NCBI GenBank assembly: GCA_050950765.1
Contig: JBMNIF010000002.1
Span: 576,001 to 640,000 of the forward strand
Direction: 5' to 3'
DNA: 64,000 bases
Source: Bdellovibrionota bacterium
Lineage (GTDB): Bacteria; Bdellovibrionota_C; UBA2361; JAAYZI01
Each line of letters starts with the position of its first letter. The stretch's first letter is position 1. The position numbers and the translations under genes were made by a program. Positions 53,035-64,000 of the stretch are shown piece after piece. The notes under the pieces were generated by a model, which saw nothing but the letters and a program-made list of their open reading frames with translations, searched no databases and had not been told where the DNA came from.

Positions 53035-53085
53035 AGAGATATTTAAGTAAAAATATTTAATAAGACGTAGTAATTAATTTTTACA

Positions 53086-53988
53086 TCAATTTACGTACGC
53101 TAACCACTTCTGGTATTTCGGATTTTTACCGGAAGTTATTTCAGAGAAGCCCTCTTTAAACTTCGTTGTAATGGGACCGATCTTACCAGCACCTAAGATA
53201 TGATCATCAATAGATCGTATCGGTGTAATTTCAGCTGCCGTTCCGGAATAGAAAGCTTCGTCTGCCTTAAAGGCATCTTCTGGCAGAATCTCCCTCTCTT
53301 CAACAGCAATGCCCCAGTCGTTAGCTAACTGAATAACGGTGTCACGAGTAATGCCAGCTAAGATATTGCCTAATTTAGGGGTAAGAAGTTTGCCGTCTTT
53401 AACAATAAAAACATTCTCACCAGGACCTTCTGCTAAGAAGCCGTGCTCATCAAGAAGTAACCCTTCATGATATTTCGTTCCTTGCAACTCTTTTGCTGCT
53501 AACATACCGTTTACGTAGTGTCCTGCCACTTTAGCATCAGCTACTACCGCACGTGGGCTAAGTTTAATAAGGGATACGATCTTCACATCAACCATATCGT
53601 GCGGAAGATAAGCACCCCACGGCCAACACGAGATAGAGACATCAACAGGTGCACCTTGCGGGAAGACAGACATCACACCATAACCGTAATGCACCAACGG
53701 TCTGATATAACAAGCCTCGATATCGTTCTTTTTGAGCAGCTCTTTAGTCGCCGTCATGACCTCTTCTTTAGTATACGGAATTTTAAAGCCGAGTGCGTCG
53801 GCAGAGTAAAAGAGGCGGTCAATATGCTCCTTCAGTCGAAAGATAGCCCCACCATTAGGAGTTTTATAAGCACGAATGCCTTCAAAAACTGCGCTACCAT
53901 AATGAAGAGAATGCGAAACGATATGAATCTTTGCATCTTCCCATAAAACGAATTGCCCATTTAACCAGATATATTTTGTAGTTTCCAT
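53086..53988 (-). CDS. ilvE: Branched-chain amino acid aminotransferase
   Basis: 'LHYGSAVFEGIRAY', 'AKVAGHY', 'EGPGENVF', 'LAGITRD', 'GTAAEITP'. Confidence 0.95.
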   Translation of the reverse strand: METTKYIWLNGQFVLWEDAKIHIVSHSLHYGSAVFEGIRAYKTPNGGAIFRLKEHIDRLFYSADALGFKIPYTKEEVMTATKELLKKNDIEACYIRPLVHYGYGVMSVFPQGAPVDVSISCWPWGAYLPHDMVDVKIVSLIKLSPRAVVADAKVAGHYVNGMLAAKELQGTKYHEGLLLDEHGFLAEGPGENVFIVKDGKLLTPKLGNILAGITRDTVIQLANDWGIAVEEREILPEDAFKADEAFYSGTAAEITPIRSIDDHILGAGKIGPITTKFKEGFSEITSGKNPKYQKWLAYVN

Positions 53989-54277
53989 AACCTGAATTTA
54001 TCCTTATAAAAAAACAGCTGCAAGATAATTTTGCATAAGTAATCTTTTTTAACTTTTATATTTTTATACTAACTTATTATCTATACCGTAACCGTACATT
54101 AAGGAAAATCTCTTAGGCATCATCTGCACAGAAAAAGAGGGCGAAAATTGCAGATAATTATCTAAAATAATTTATATTTTTTACCTTTAAAAAAAATTAC
54201 ATTGTTTGCGGAAAATGAAGATTTTAGCTATACTGCAACAGTTTTGAGGTTCAACTTTTCCATGCTTAACCGTCTGA

Positions 54278-56821
<2,544 letters not shown>

Positions 56822-56835
56822 CTTCGAATTATAGA

Positions 56836-56950
56836 GATCCGTGTGTAATGTAAAAAAGTTGCCAGAAAATTTAAAAAGGATCCATGCGCGAGGCAAAAAA
56901 ACGTTGCTACAAGACTTAAAAAGGATCTGTGTATAAGGTAAAAAATGTTA
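56836..56950. repeat. ~44-bp degenerate repeat, 3 copies
   Basis: GATC.(G/A)TG...G.AAAAAA..GTT units at 56836, 56879, 56924. Confidence 0.6.
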
Positions 56951-57131
56951 AAAGAGGGGTTCTTTCTAACCATTTTTAATATTTTTATAGTTATATTAAA
57001 TAGTTGTAAATTAAGCGCTTAGCGCTCCCCGTTCTTAAGACCTTTGTGAATAAAAAAGCTCCAAAAGCTAAAGCAAATAGGAGATCGGGCGATAATCTTT
57101 ATATCAGTCATGTGGCATCCTTTAGCGAGTG

Positions 57132-57168
57132 AGGGTGATTGAGAGAACTTCTCAGTCGCCCTTTTTTT
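57132..57168 (+). terminator. Intrinsic terminator
   Basis: AGGGTGATTGAGA-loop-TCTCAGTCGCCCT followed by a T-run. Confidence 0.7.
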
Positions 57169-57362
57169 ATATAAACAGATATTGATTTTAATTTAGTTAA
57201 AGAAGCTTTTTATGTAGGCGCTTAGCGTCGCACACGTTTTCAACAACTTTAATACTTTTATAAAAATAACGTTTTTTAAAAGATCTTGATTTACACTTGA
57301 GAGGATTATTTTTAGAGTGCAGGTGATAAGTTTTATACGATCTGCACTACTATTATAACATT

Positions 57363-58244
57363 ATGAAAGAGTTCTTTTTTTGCCTTCTCCTCTCTTTATT
57401 ACCCGCAATATCTCTTGCAGAAGTTTCCACAATGAAAACCTTTGACTGTCAACAGATTATAAAAGAACCGTTTAAAGGGGGCGGATCTAGTCGTTGGAAC
57501 TACTGCGAGGGTGAGGCTAAAGGGGTTGTGGTGTTGGTGCACGGTTTAAACGTTAGTGTTACAGCTATGCAGGATCTGGCGTGCGCTATAAACGAGTTGG
57601 GGTATCATGTGCTCAGCCCTGTTTTAGCAGAAAGTGGTTCTGCGGAGAGTTGGATTGAAAGTGTCAAGAGGTCGTATTGTGCGGCAAAACTTAAGTTTCC
57701 TGACCTGCCAATTAATGGTGTTGGACACTCCGCAGGGGGAGCTTCTATCCTTGCTTTTATGGCTAAATATCAGAACCGTTATTTTGATGCAGTTGTTTTA
57801 CTGGCACCGGCGCTAAGCATCACGCGTGCTAGTTGGGTGGTGCGCCCCTTGACACCGTTACGTTATTTAGGTCTCTCCTTACCGAGTTTTTCACCGAAAA
57901 AACATAAGCGTAGCTCCTTTACTCCATTAGGAGCTTATAATGCACTCTTTGATCTGGCGAGTTCTCTGCAAGATCTTAAAAAAGGAAGTGCAGCCACCCT
58001 AGAAGGTTTTGCGAGCGCTCGAGGGGTTGTTTTAATCAGCCCTGCTGATGGCTTGGTGCGTTATAACGGTGTAAAAAGGTGGCTAAAGGAGCAAAATTTA
58101 AAGTGGCGTTTAGTTACTTTAAGACCGCAGCACACTAACGGCTTAATTGCAGATCACCTTCTTTTTGATAAAGAGACGATGGGTAAAAGTTGGGAAAAGA
58201 TGTTAAAAATCATGCAAGAAACTCTAACTTATTATAAAAGCTAA
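57363..58244 (+). CDS. Exported alpha/beta hydrolase (lysophospholipase/esterase-like)
   Basis: 'VLVHGL', nucleophile elbow 'GHSAGG', signal peptide. Confidence 0.8.
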   Translation: MKEFFFCLLLSLLPAISLAEVSTMKTFDCQQIIKEPFKGGGSSRWNYCEGEAKGVVVLVHGLNVSVTAMQDLACAINELGYHVLSPVLAESGSAESWIESVKRSYCAAKLKFPDLPINGVGHSAGGASILAFMAKYQNRYFDAVVLLAPALSITRASWVVRPLTPLRYLGLSLPSFSPKKHKRSSFTPLGAYNALFDLASSLQDLKKGSAATLEGFASARGVVLISPADGLVRYNGVKRWLKEQNLKWRLVTLRPQHTNGLIADHLLFDKETMGKSWEKMLKIMQETLTYYKS

Positions 58245-58338
58245 AAAATAAGCGATTCCAACAGTTGCACCGCTTTCTTGCCTAGTTTATCTTCTAAGTT
58301 ACAAAAATCATACCCGATTTAAAATATAGGCTACGTTT

Positions 58339-61071
58339 ATGTTTAAAAAAATTCTTGAAAGTACCATTGGTACTGCAAATAGTCGTCGCATTAAATCGTT
58401 TCGCTCAACTGTTGCTCGTATCAATGCCTTAGAACCGAACTATAAAAAACTTTCTGATGATGAATTGAAGGGGCAGACCGTTCTTTTTAAGGAGAGGATT
58501 GCACAAGGAGAAACACTTGATTCTATCTTACCTGAAGCGTTTGCAGTGGTGCGTGAAGCAGCGGTTAGAACGTTGGGATTACGTCCTTTTGATGTGCAAC
58601 TGATCGGAGGTTTGGTTTTGCATCGCGGTATGATCGCCGAGATGAAAACAGGTGAAGGAAAAACACTTGTAGCCACCTTACCAGCTTACCTTAACTCTTT
58701 AACAGGAGAAGGTGTGCATATCGTAACGGTTAATGATTATTTAGCGCGGCGTGACTCCGAATGGATGGGGCAGGTTTATAACTTTTTAAATACCTCTGTT
58801 GGTGTGGTTTATTCCGGAATGCCGGAACAGGCTAAAAAAGAAGCGTATAAAAGTGATATCACTTACGGACAGAACAACGAGTTCGGTTTCGATTATCTCC
58901 GAGATAATATGAAGTACTCGCCTGAAAGTTTGATGCAGCGCGGTCATGCTTACGCTATTGTGGACGAGGTTGATTCTATCTTAATTGATGAAGCAAGAAC
59001 GCCGTTGATTATATCAGGTCCAGCAGAAGATTCCTCAGAGTTGTATTATACGGTAGATAAAATGGTGCCGTTTTTACAAGAGGGCGCTGATTATGAGATT
59101 GAATTACGTACAAAACAACCGACTTTAACAGAGGGCGGTATAGCGCATGCTGAAAAACTGTTAAAGGTTGATAACCTTTACGATCCGAAAAATATCGAAC
59201 TTATTCACCATATCAATCAAGCTTTAAAAGCGCATAAAGCGATGGAGCGTGATGTTGATTACGTTGTAAAAGATGGTCAAATTATTATCGTGGATGATTT
59301 CACGGGGCGTTTGATGCCAGGTCGACGTTGGTCTGATGGTTTGCATCAAGCTATTGAAGCAAAAGAAAAATTACATATTGAGGAAGAGACTCAAACGCTT
59401 GCTACAATTACCTTTCAAAACCTCTTTAGGATGTATAAAAAACTTTCTGGTATGACGGGTACTGCTGTAACGGAAGCTGCTGAGTTTAAGGAAATTTATA
59501 AACTTGATGTTGTAGTGATCCCGACTAATCGACCGATGATTAGAGATGATCAATCTGATGTAGTCTTTCGTACCAGAAGGGAAAAGTATCAAGCTTTAGC
59601 AGAGGACGTTATAAAAGTTGCTAAAACGGGGCAGCCTATCTTAGTTGGAACTATCAGTATTGAGCAGAGTGAAACGATCTCAAATTACCTTCGTCAAAAA
59701 GGAATTCCCCACAATGTCCTAAACGCTAAACAACATGAGAGGGAGGCTGAGATCGTAGCACAAGCGGGACGTTTAAACGCTATTACCATTGCAACCAATA
59801 TGGCAGGACGTGGTACTGATATTATGTTGGGAGGTAATCCGAAGGGATTAGCTATCGTTGCTGCTGGAACTAAGGATGTAACAGACCCTGCTTATATCGA
59901 AGCTTATGAGAAATACGCTGAAGTTTGTAAGTTGGAAAAAGAGCGCGTTATTGCAGCAGGTGGTTTGTTTATCATGGGCACGGAGCGTCACGAATCAAGG
60001 CGCATCGATAATCAGTTAAGGGGACGTTCTGGAAGACAAGGCGATCCAGGCGTTTCACGTTTCTATGTCTCTCTTGAAGACGATCTGATGAAGCGCTTCG
60101 GAGGAGATAAGATTAAAGATATGATGAAGCGTTTAGGTTGGGATGAGGGGATTGATATCGGTGGTAAGATGATCAGCAAATCCATCGAAAATGCCCAGAA
60201 AAAAGTGGAACGCTTCCATTTCGAAAATAGAAAACACGTCACGGAGTACGATGATGTTTTAAATAAACAACGTCAAGTCGTCTACAATATGCGTAACAGA
60301 GTGCTCTTCCGTGACAAGATTGAAGATGAAGTTTTAACCATGATTGACGACCTCTTGGAAACAAATATCAATGCTGTTTGTGAAGTGCATCAACGTCCGC
60401 AAAATTGGGATATTGAAAAACTAAAAGAGACCTTTCAATTTCTCTTTAATGGACCAACCGATCTTGATAGTACAAATCCAGATCCGCAGGAGATCTTTAA
60501 TCAATTAAGAAAAGAAGCACGTCTACTTTATGATGTTATTAAAGAGAAGCATCAGAAAGTTTTAGATTCGTTACAAGAAACCTACACACAAGACGGAGAA
60601 AAATCATTTTTAATGACACAAGGTGGTTTAAAGGAATACGATTTTCAATTCACAACCTTTTTGCAAGACACCATCCTTGAGCGTTTAGATCATTACTGGA
60701 ATATGCACTTACAGGGCATGGATAATGTCAGAGATACTATCGGGCTAAGGGGGTATGCACAGCAAAATCCGTTGTATGAGTATCAGAAAGAGGGGTTTCT
60801 GTTATTTTCTCAGATGATGGACGGTATGAGGCAAGCCATTATCAGACGCATTTTTTATTCTGAAGCGGCGTTAGAAAATCTCAAAAATAGTTTCGAAGCA
60901 GAGCGTGCACGTAGAGAGGCTGTGGCGGAACAGATGAACTTATCGCAAGAGACAGAAGAAGATTCAAGCGGTGTGATGGAGTTTCATGATACTGCTGTTG
61001 GAGATCCAGCAGCGCAACGTCTTAGACTTGAAGCACAACGTAAGGCGAGAAGAAAGATGAGGAAGAAGTGA
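58339..61071 (+). CDS. secA: Preprotein translocase ATPase
   Basis: 'EMKTGEGKT', 'DEVDSILIDEARTPL', 'HESRRIDNQLRGRSGRQGDPG'. Confidence 0.98.
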   Translation: MFKKILESTIGTANSRRIKSFRSTVARINALEPNYKKLSDDELKGQTVLFKERIAQGETLDSILPEAFAVVREAAVRTLGLRPFDVQLIGGLVLHRGMIAEMKTGEGKTLVATLPAYLNSLTGEGVHIVTVNDYLARRDSEWMGQVYNFLNTSVGVVYSGMPEQAKKEAYKSDITYGQNNEFGFDYLRDNMKYSPESLMQRGHAYAIVDEVDSILIDEARTPLIISGPAEDSSELYYTVDKMVPFLQEGADYEIELRTKQPTLTEGGIAHAEKLLKVDNLYDPKNIELIHHINQALKAHKAMERDVDYVVKDGQIIIVDDFTGRLMPGRRWSDGLHQAIEAKEKLHIEEETQTLATITFQNLFRMYKKLSGMTGTAVTEAAEFKEIYKLDVVVIPTNRPMIRDDQSDVVFRTRREKYQALAEDVIKVAKTGQPILVGTISIEQSETISNYLRQKGIPHNVLNAKQHEREAEIVAQAGRLNAITIATNMAGRGTDIMLGGNPKGLAIVAAGTKDVTDPAYIEAYEKYAEVCKLEKERVIAAGGLFIMGTERHESRRIDNQLRGRSGRQGDPGVSRFYVSLEDDLMKRFGGDKIKDMMKRLGWDEGIDIGGKMISKSIENAQKKVERFHFENRKHVTEYDDVLNKQRQVVYNMRNRVLFRDKIEDEVLTMIDDLLETNINAVCEVHQRPQNWDIEKLKETFQFLFNGPTDLDSTNPDPQEIFNQLRKEARLLYDVIKEKHQKVLDSLQETYTQDGEKSFLMTQGGLKEYDFQFTTFLQDTILERLDHYWNMHLQGMDNVRDTIGLRGYAQQNPLYEYQKEGFLLFSQMMDGMRQAIIRRIFYSEAALENLKNSFEAERARREAVAEQMNLSQETEEDSSGVMEFHDTAVGDPAAQRLRLEAQRKARRKMRKK

Positions 61072-61121
61072 TTTTTTTTGGTCGGATTAAAAGCCTCAAT
61101 TAAAGATAGGGAGAAGTAAAA

Positions 61122-62852
61122 ATGAAAGTTGCTGCATTACTGGGAGAGTGTTTTAAGGAAGTTTCCGCTGATTTTCAGATTAAAAGTCATGAGTTTATGG
61201 TGCGTGGTGCATATCTGAAACAGCTCAGTAACGGCATCTACTCTCTGTATCTTCCAGCTAAAAGAATCGTTAATAAGATTGAAAATATTATCCGTGAAGA
61301 GATGGATAAGATCGATGGTCAGGAGGTGCTTTTTCCCGTAGTGATGCCCGCTTCTCTTTGGCAGGAATCAGGAAGGTATTTCAGCATCGGAAGTGAGATG
61401 GCGCGTTTTAAAGACCGTTCTGGAAACGAGATGGTGCTCGGCATGACGCATGAGGAGGCGGCTGTGCATTTAGCAAAAGGTGCGGCACAATCTTATGCTA
61501 ATTACCCTTTTATGATCTATCAGATTCAGACTAAGTTTCGTGATGAGCCCCGTTCTAGAGGTGGGCTAATTAGGGTGCGTGAGTTTACGATGAAAGATGC
61601 CTATTCTTTTCATACTTCGCAGGAAGATCTCTGCGCATATTATGATCGTTGTCATAAAGCTTATGAAAAGATCTTTGCACGCGTTGGTGTGCCTGAGGTG
61701 GTCTCCGTTAAATCTGATTCGGGTATGATGGGTGGAAAAGTTGCGCATGAGTTTATGCTTTTGACTGAGATCGGAGAAGATTCGATTGTCTTGTGTGATG
61801 CCTGTAACTACCGTTCCAACATGGAAGTAGCAGAGTGTATTATTCAAAATGAGGCGACACCTGAAAAGCCGTTGGAAAAAGTGCATACCCCAGATCTGAA
61901 AACGATAGATGATCTCTGTAAGTTTTTTAAAATTACCCCTCAAGATACGTGTAAAGCAGTGGTGTATCAGAAAAACCTAACAGATGAGTGTGTGGTGATT
62001 TTTCTTAGGGGTGATCTGGATGTAAATGAAACGAAGCTGCGTAACTTTCTCGGTGAAGAGATTCATGCAGCGCAGCACCTTACCCCTGAAAGTTGCGATC
62101 TGACACTTGGTTTTATCGGTGCCGTTAATTTAAATACAAAAGCAACCGTGCTCTATGATCAATCTCTTAAAGGAGCAACAAACCTAGTGTGCGGTGCTAA
62201 TGAAGAGGACTACCATTATAGCGGTTTTTCAGTAGCGCGTGACCTTAAAGGTGAGAATGTGCAGTTTCACGATTTTGCTAAAACATTTACAGGTGCAACC
62301 TGCCCCGTTTGCGGCAAGAAGAGTATTAAGATTAAACGTGGCATTGAAGTCGGTAATATCTTTCAACTCGGTACTAAATATACTGAATCGATGGAGATGA
62401 AGTATGTTGATAAAGACGGTAATTTGCATTATCCGATTATGGGTTGTTACGGGATCGGAGTGGGGCGTTTAATGGCATCTGTCTGTGAGGTGCGGCACGA
62501 TGATTTTGGACCGATCTGGCCGATCTCCATTGCGCCGTGGCAAGTTCAGATCTGCGCCTTGCGTATTAACGATGAAGAGGTACGACACGCTGCTGATAAA
62601 CTTTATCAGGAGCTACTTGAAAAAGGTGTTGAGGTTTTATTTGATGACCGTAATGTTACAGCCGGTGTGATGTTTTCAGAAGCCGATCTGTTAGGGGTGC
62701 CGCTAAGGGTGGTTGTTAGCCCTAAAACTTGCGCTAAAGGGTGCGTGGAGTTTTTGGCGCGTGATAAATCGTTTTCTGAATTTTTACCGTATGCAGAGGC
62801 AGTAGATAAGATCCGTCAAACTATCTCTACTACCTTAGAGAAGTATCTGTAA
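61122..62852 (+). CDS. proS: Proline--tRNA ligase with editing insertion
   Basis: 'MTHEE', 'KFRDEPRSRGGLIRVREFTMKDAYSF', 'IEVGNIFQLGTKY', 'MGCYGIGVGR'. Confidence 0.96.
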   Translation: MKVAALLGECFKEVSADFQIKSHEFMVRGAYLKQLSNGIYSLYLPAKRIVNKIENIIREEMDKIDGQEVLFPVVMPASLWQESGRYFSIGSEMARFKDRSGNEMVLGMTHEEAAVHLAKGAAQSYANYPFMIYQIQTKFRDEPRSRGGLIRVREFTMKDAYSFHTSQEDLCAYYDRCHKAYEKIFARVGVPEVVSVKSDSGMMGGKVAHEFMLLTEIGEDSIVLCDACNYRSNMEVAECIIQNEATPEKPLEKVHTPDLKTIDDLCKFFKITPQDTCKAVVYQKNLTDECVVIFLRGDLDVNETKLRNFLGEEIHAAQHLTPESCDLTLGFIGAVNLNTKATVLYDQSLKGATNLVCGANEEDYHYSGFSVARDLKGENVQFHDFAKTFTGATCPVCGKKSIKIKRGIEVGNIFQLGTKYTESMEMKYVDKDGNLHYPIMGCYGIGVGRLMASVCEVRHDDFGPIWPISIAPWQVQICALRINDEEVRHAADKLYQELLEKGVEVLFDDRNVTAGVMFSEADLLGVPLRVVVSPKTCAKGCVEFLARDKSFSEFLPYAEAVDKIRQTISTTLEKYL

Positions 62853-62856
62853 TACA

Positions 62857-64000
62857 ATGTTCTCTCTTTATCTGCATATTCCGTACTGCTTAAAAAAATG
62901 TCGTTATTGTAATTTTAATAGTGTAGCGCAGTGTGTTGTACCAGAGGAGGAGTATTGTGCAGCGCTTCTGGCAGAGCTGAAAGCACATGCAGAAACTCCT
63001 TTATGGAGAGGACGTGCAATACGTACGATCTATTTCGGTGGTGGCACACCCTCTATCTTTTCCGGTGCGGCTATTTATCACTTAATGCAGGAGGTTGCCA
63101 AAGTTTTTGATACTTCAAAAGTTGAAGAGATAACGTTGGAAGCAAATCCAGCAACTTTGACTACGGAAAAATTGCAATACTATAAAGCTTTCAATTTAAA
63201 TAGACTCAGTCTCGGGGTGCAAAGTTTAAATCAGGAAACATTAGCAACTTTAGGTAGGGTGCATACCGTTTCAGAAACGTTAGAAGCGCTAGCGTTGTGT
63301 AAAGAAAACGGCATTGATAATCTTTCGTTGGATCTGATTTATGGTGTTCCAAGACAGAGTGTTCCTGATCTTAAAAGAGATATAGCAGCTTTAACAACGC
63401 TCCAACCTAAACATATTTCCGCTTATTGCTTATCGATTGAAGAGGGCACTCCACTCTTTGGAATGGTTAAAAGTGGAGAATTAAAACCTCTTCAGGAAGA
63501 AATAGTTGCAGAGATGATGGTGTCTGTGATGACAGATCTTGAGGAAAAAGGGTATCAACACTACGAGATCAGTAATTTTGCCGTGCAAGGCTATCACTCT
63601 AAACATAATAGCGCTTACTGGGATGGTAGTGATTACCTCGGACTTGGTGCAGGGGCGCATTCTTTTAATGCAGCTGTAAAGCCTTTCGGGAGAAGATGGT
63701 CAAACCTCTCTTCACCTGAAAGGTATCTGGCAGCAGCGCACGACCTCACAAAAGTACAAGACTTTTCAGAAACTTTAACGGAACGAGACGCTCTAAATGA
63801 ATTTTTTATGTTGGGGCTACGACGTAAGGTAGGCTTTTCCGTAACTACCTTTGAGGAGCGTTTTAAACGCTCTTTTTCTACTCTTTATGGTGCTACAACT
63901 GAAGCGCTCTTTTTAAAAGGCTTACTTGAAAAAAAAGATAACAACATAAAACTTACAAAAGAGGGAGTTCTTCTAGCTGATGAAGTGATCGAATCTTTTA
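62857..64000 (+). CDS. hemW: Radical SAM heme chaperone HemW (3' truncated by window)
   Basis: Manual translation MFSLYLHIPYCLKKCRYCNF (CxxxCxxC), 'YFGGGTPS', 'HYEISNF', 'HNSAYW'. Confidence 0.9.
   Translation, partial: MFSLYLHIPYCLKKCRYCNFNSVAQCVVPEEEYCAALLAELKAHAETPLWRGRAIRTIYFGGGTPSIFSGAAIYHLMQEVAKVFDTSKVEEITLEANPATLTTEKLQYYKAFNLNRLSLGVQSLNQETLATLGRVHTVSETLEALALCKENGIDNLSLDLIYGVPRQSVPDLKRDIAALTTLQPKHISAYCLSIEEGTPLFGMVKSGELKPLQEEIVAEMMVSVMTDLEEKGYQHYEISNFAVQGYHSKHNSAYWDGSDYLGLGAGAHSFNAAVKPFGRRWSNLSSPERYLAAAHDLTKVQDFSETLTERDALNEFFMLGLRRKVGFSVTTFEERFKRSFSTLYGATTEALFLKGLLEKKDNNIKLTKEGVLLADEVIESF

Overview
AT-rich bacterial chromosome segment spanning the replication origin. Gene content and order (parA-parB-bactofilin-atpF'FHAGDC, a separate atpBE, an FlgM-like gene) resemble former-Deltaproteobacteria/Bdellovibrionota-like lineages; this is inference only. 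Most of the window is housekeeping: 4 tRNAs, tadA, rlmH, topA, guaB, trxB, dnaA, dnaN, recF, ATP synthase, parAB with five perfect parS sites, frameshifted prfB, ilvE, gyrB, secA, proS, hemW. Four things stand out. (1) At 49.3-52.9 kb there is an array of three small, highly diverged ORFs, each enclosed by nearly identical flanks: a structured 5' leader and a 3' element encoding a conserved 46-aa basic/hydrophobic peptide, plus an att-like duplication of the upstream gene end. (2) An intact IS1634-family element with a 6-bp target duplication splits a large RCC1-repeat surface protein gene that itself sits between dnaA and the oriC/dnaN region. (3) Most long intergenic regions contain their own degenerate tandem repeats (mostly ~42-45 or ~80 bp), including a 15-copy compound array. 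(4) The thioredoxin reductase lacks the NADPH-specificity motif. All calls were made by eye from the sequence and ORF track; no database searches were run.
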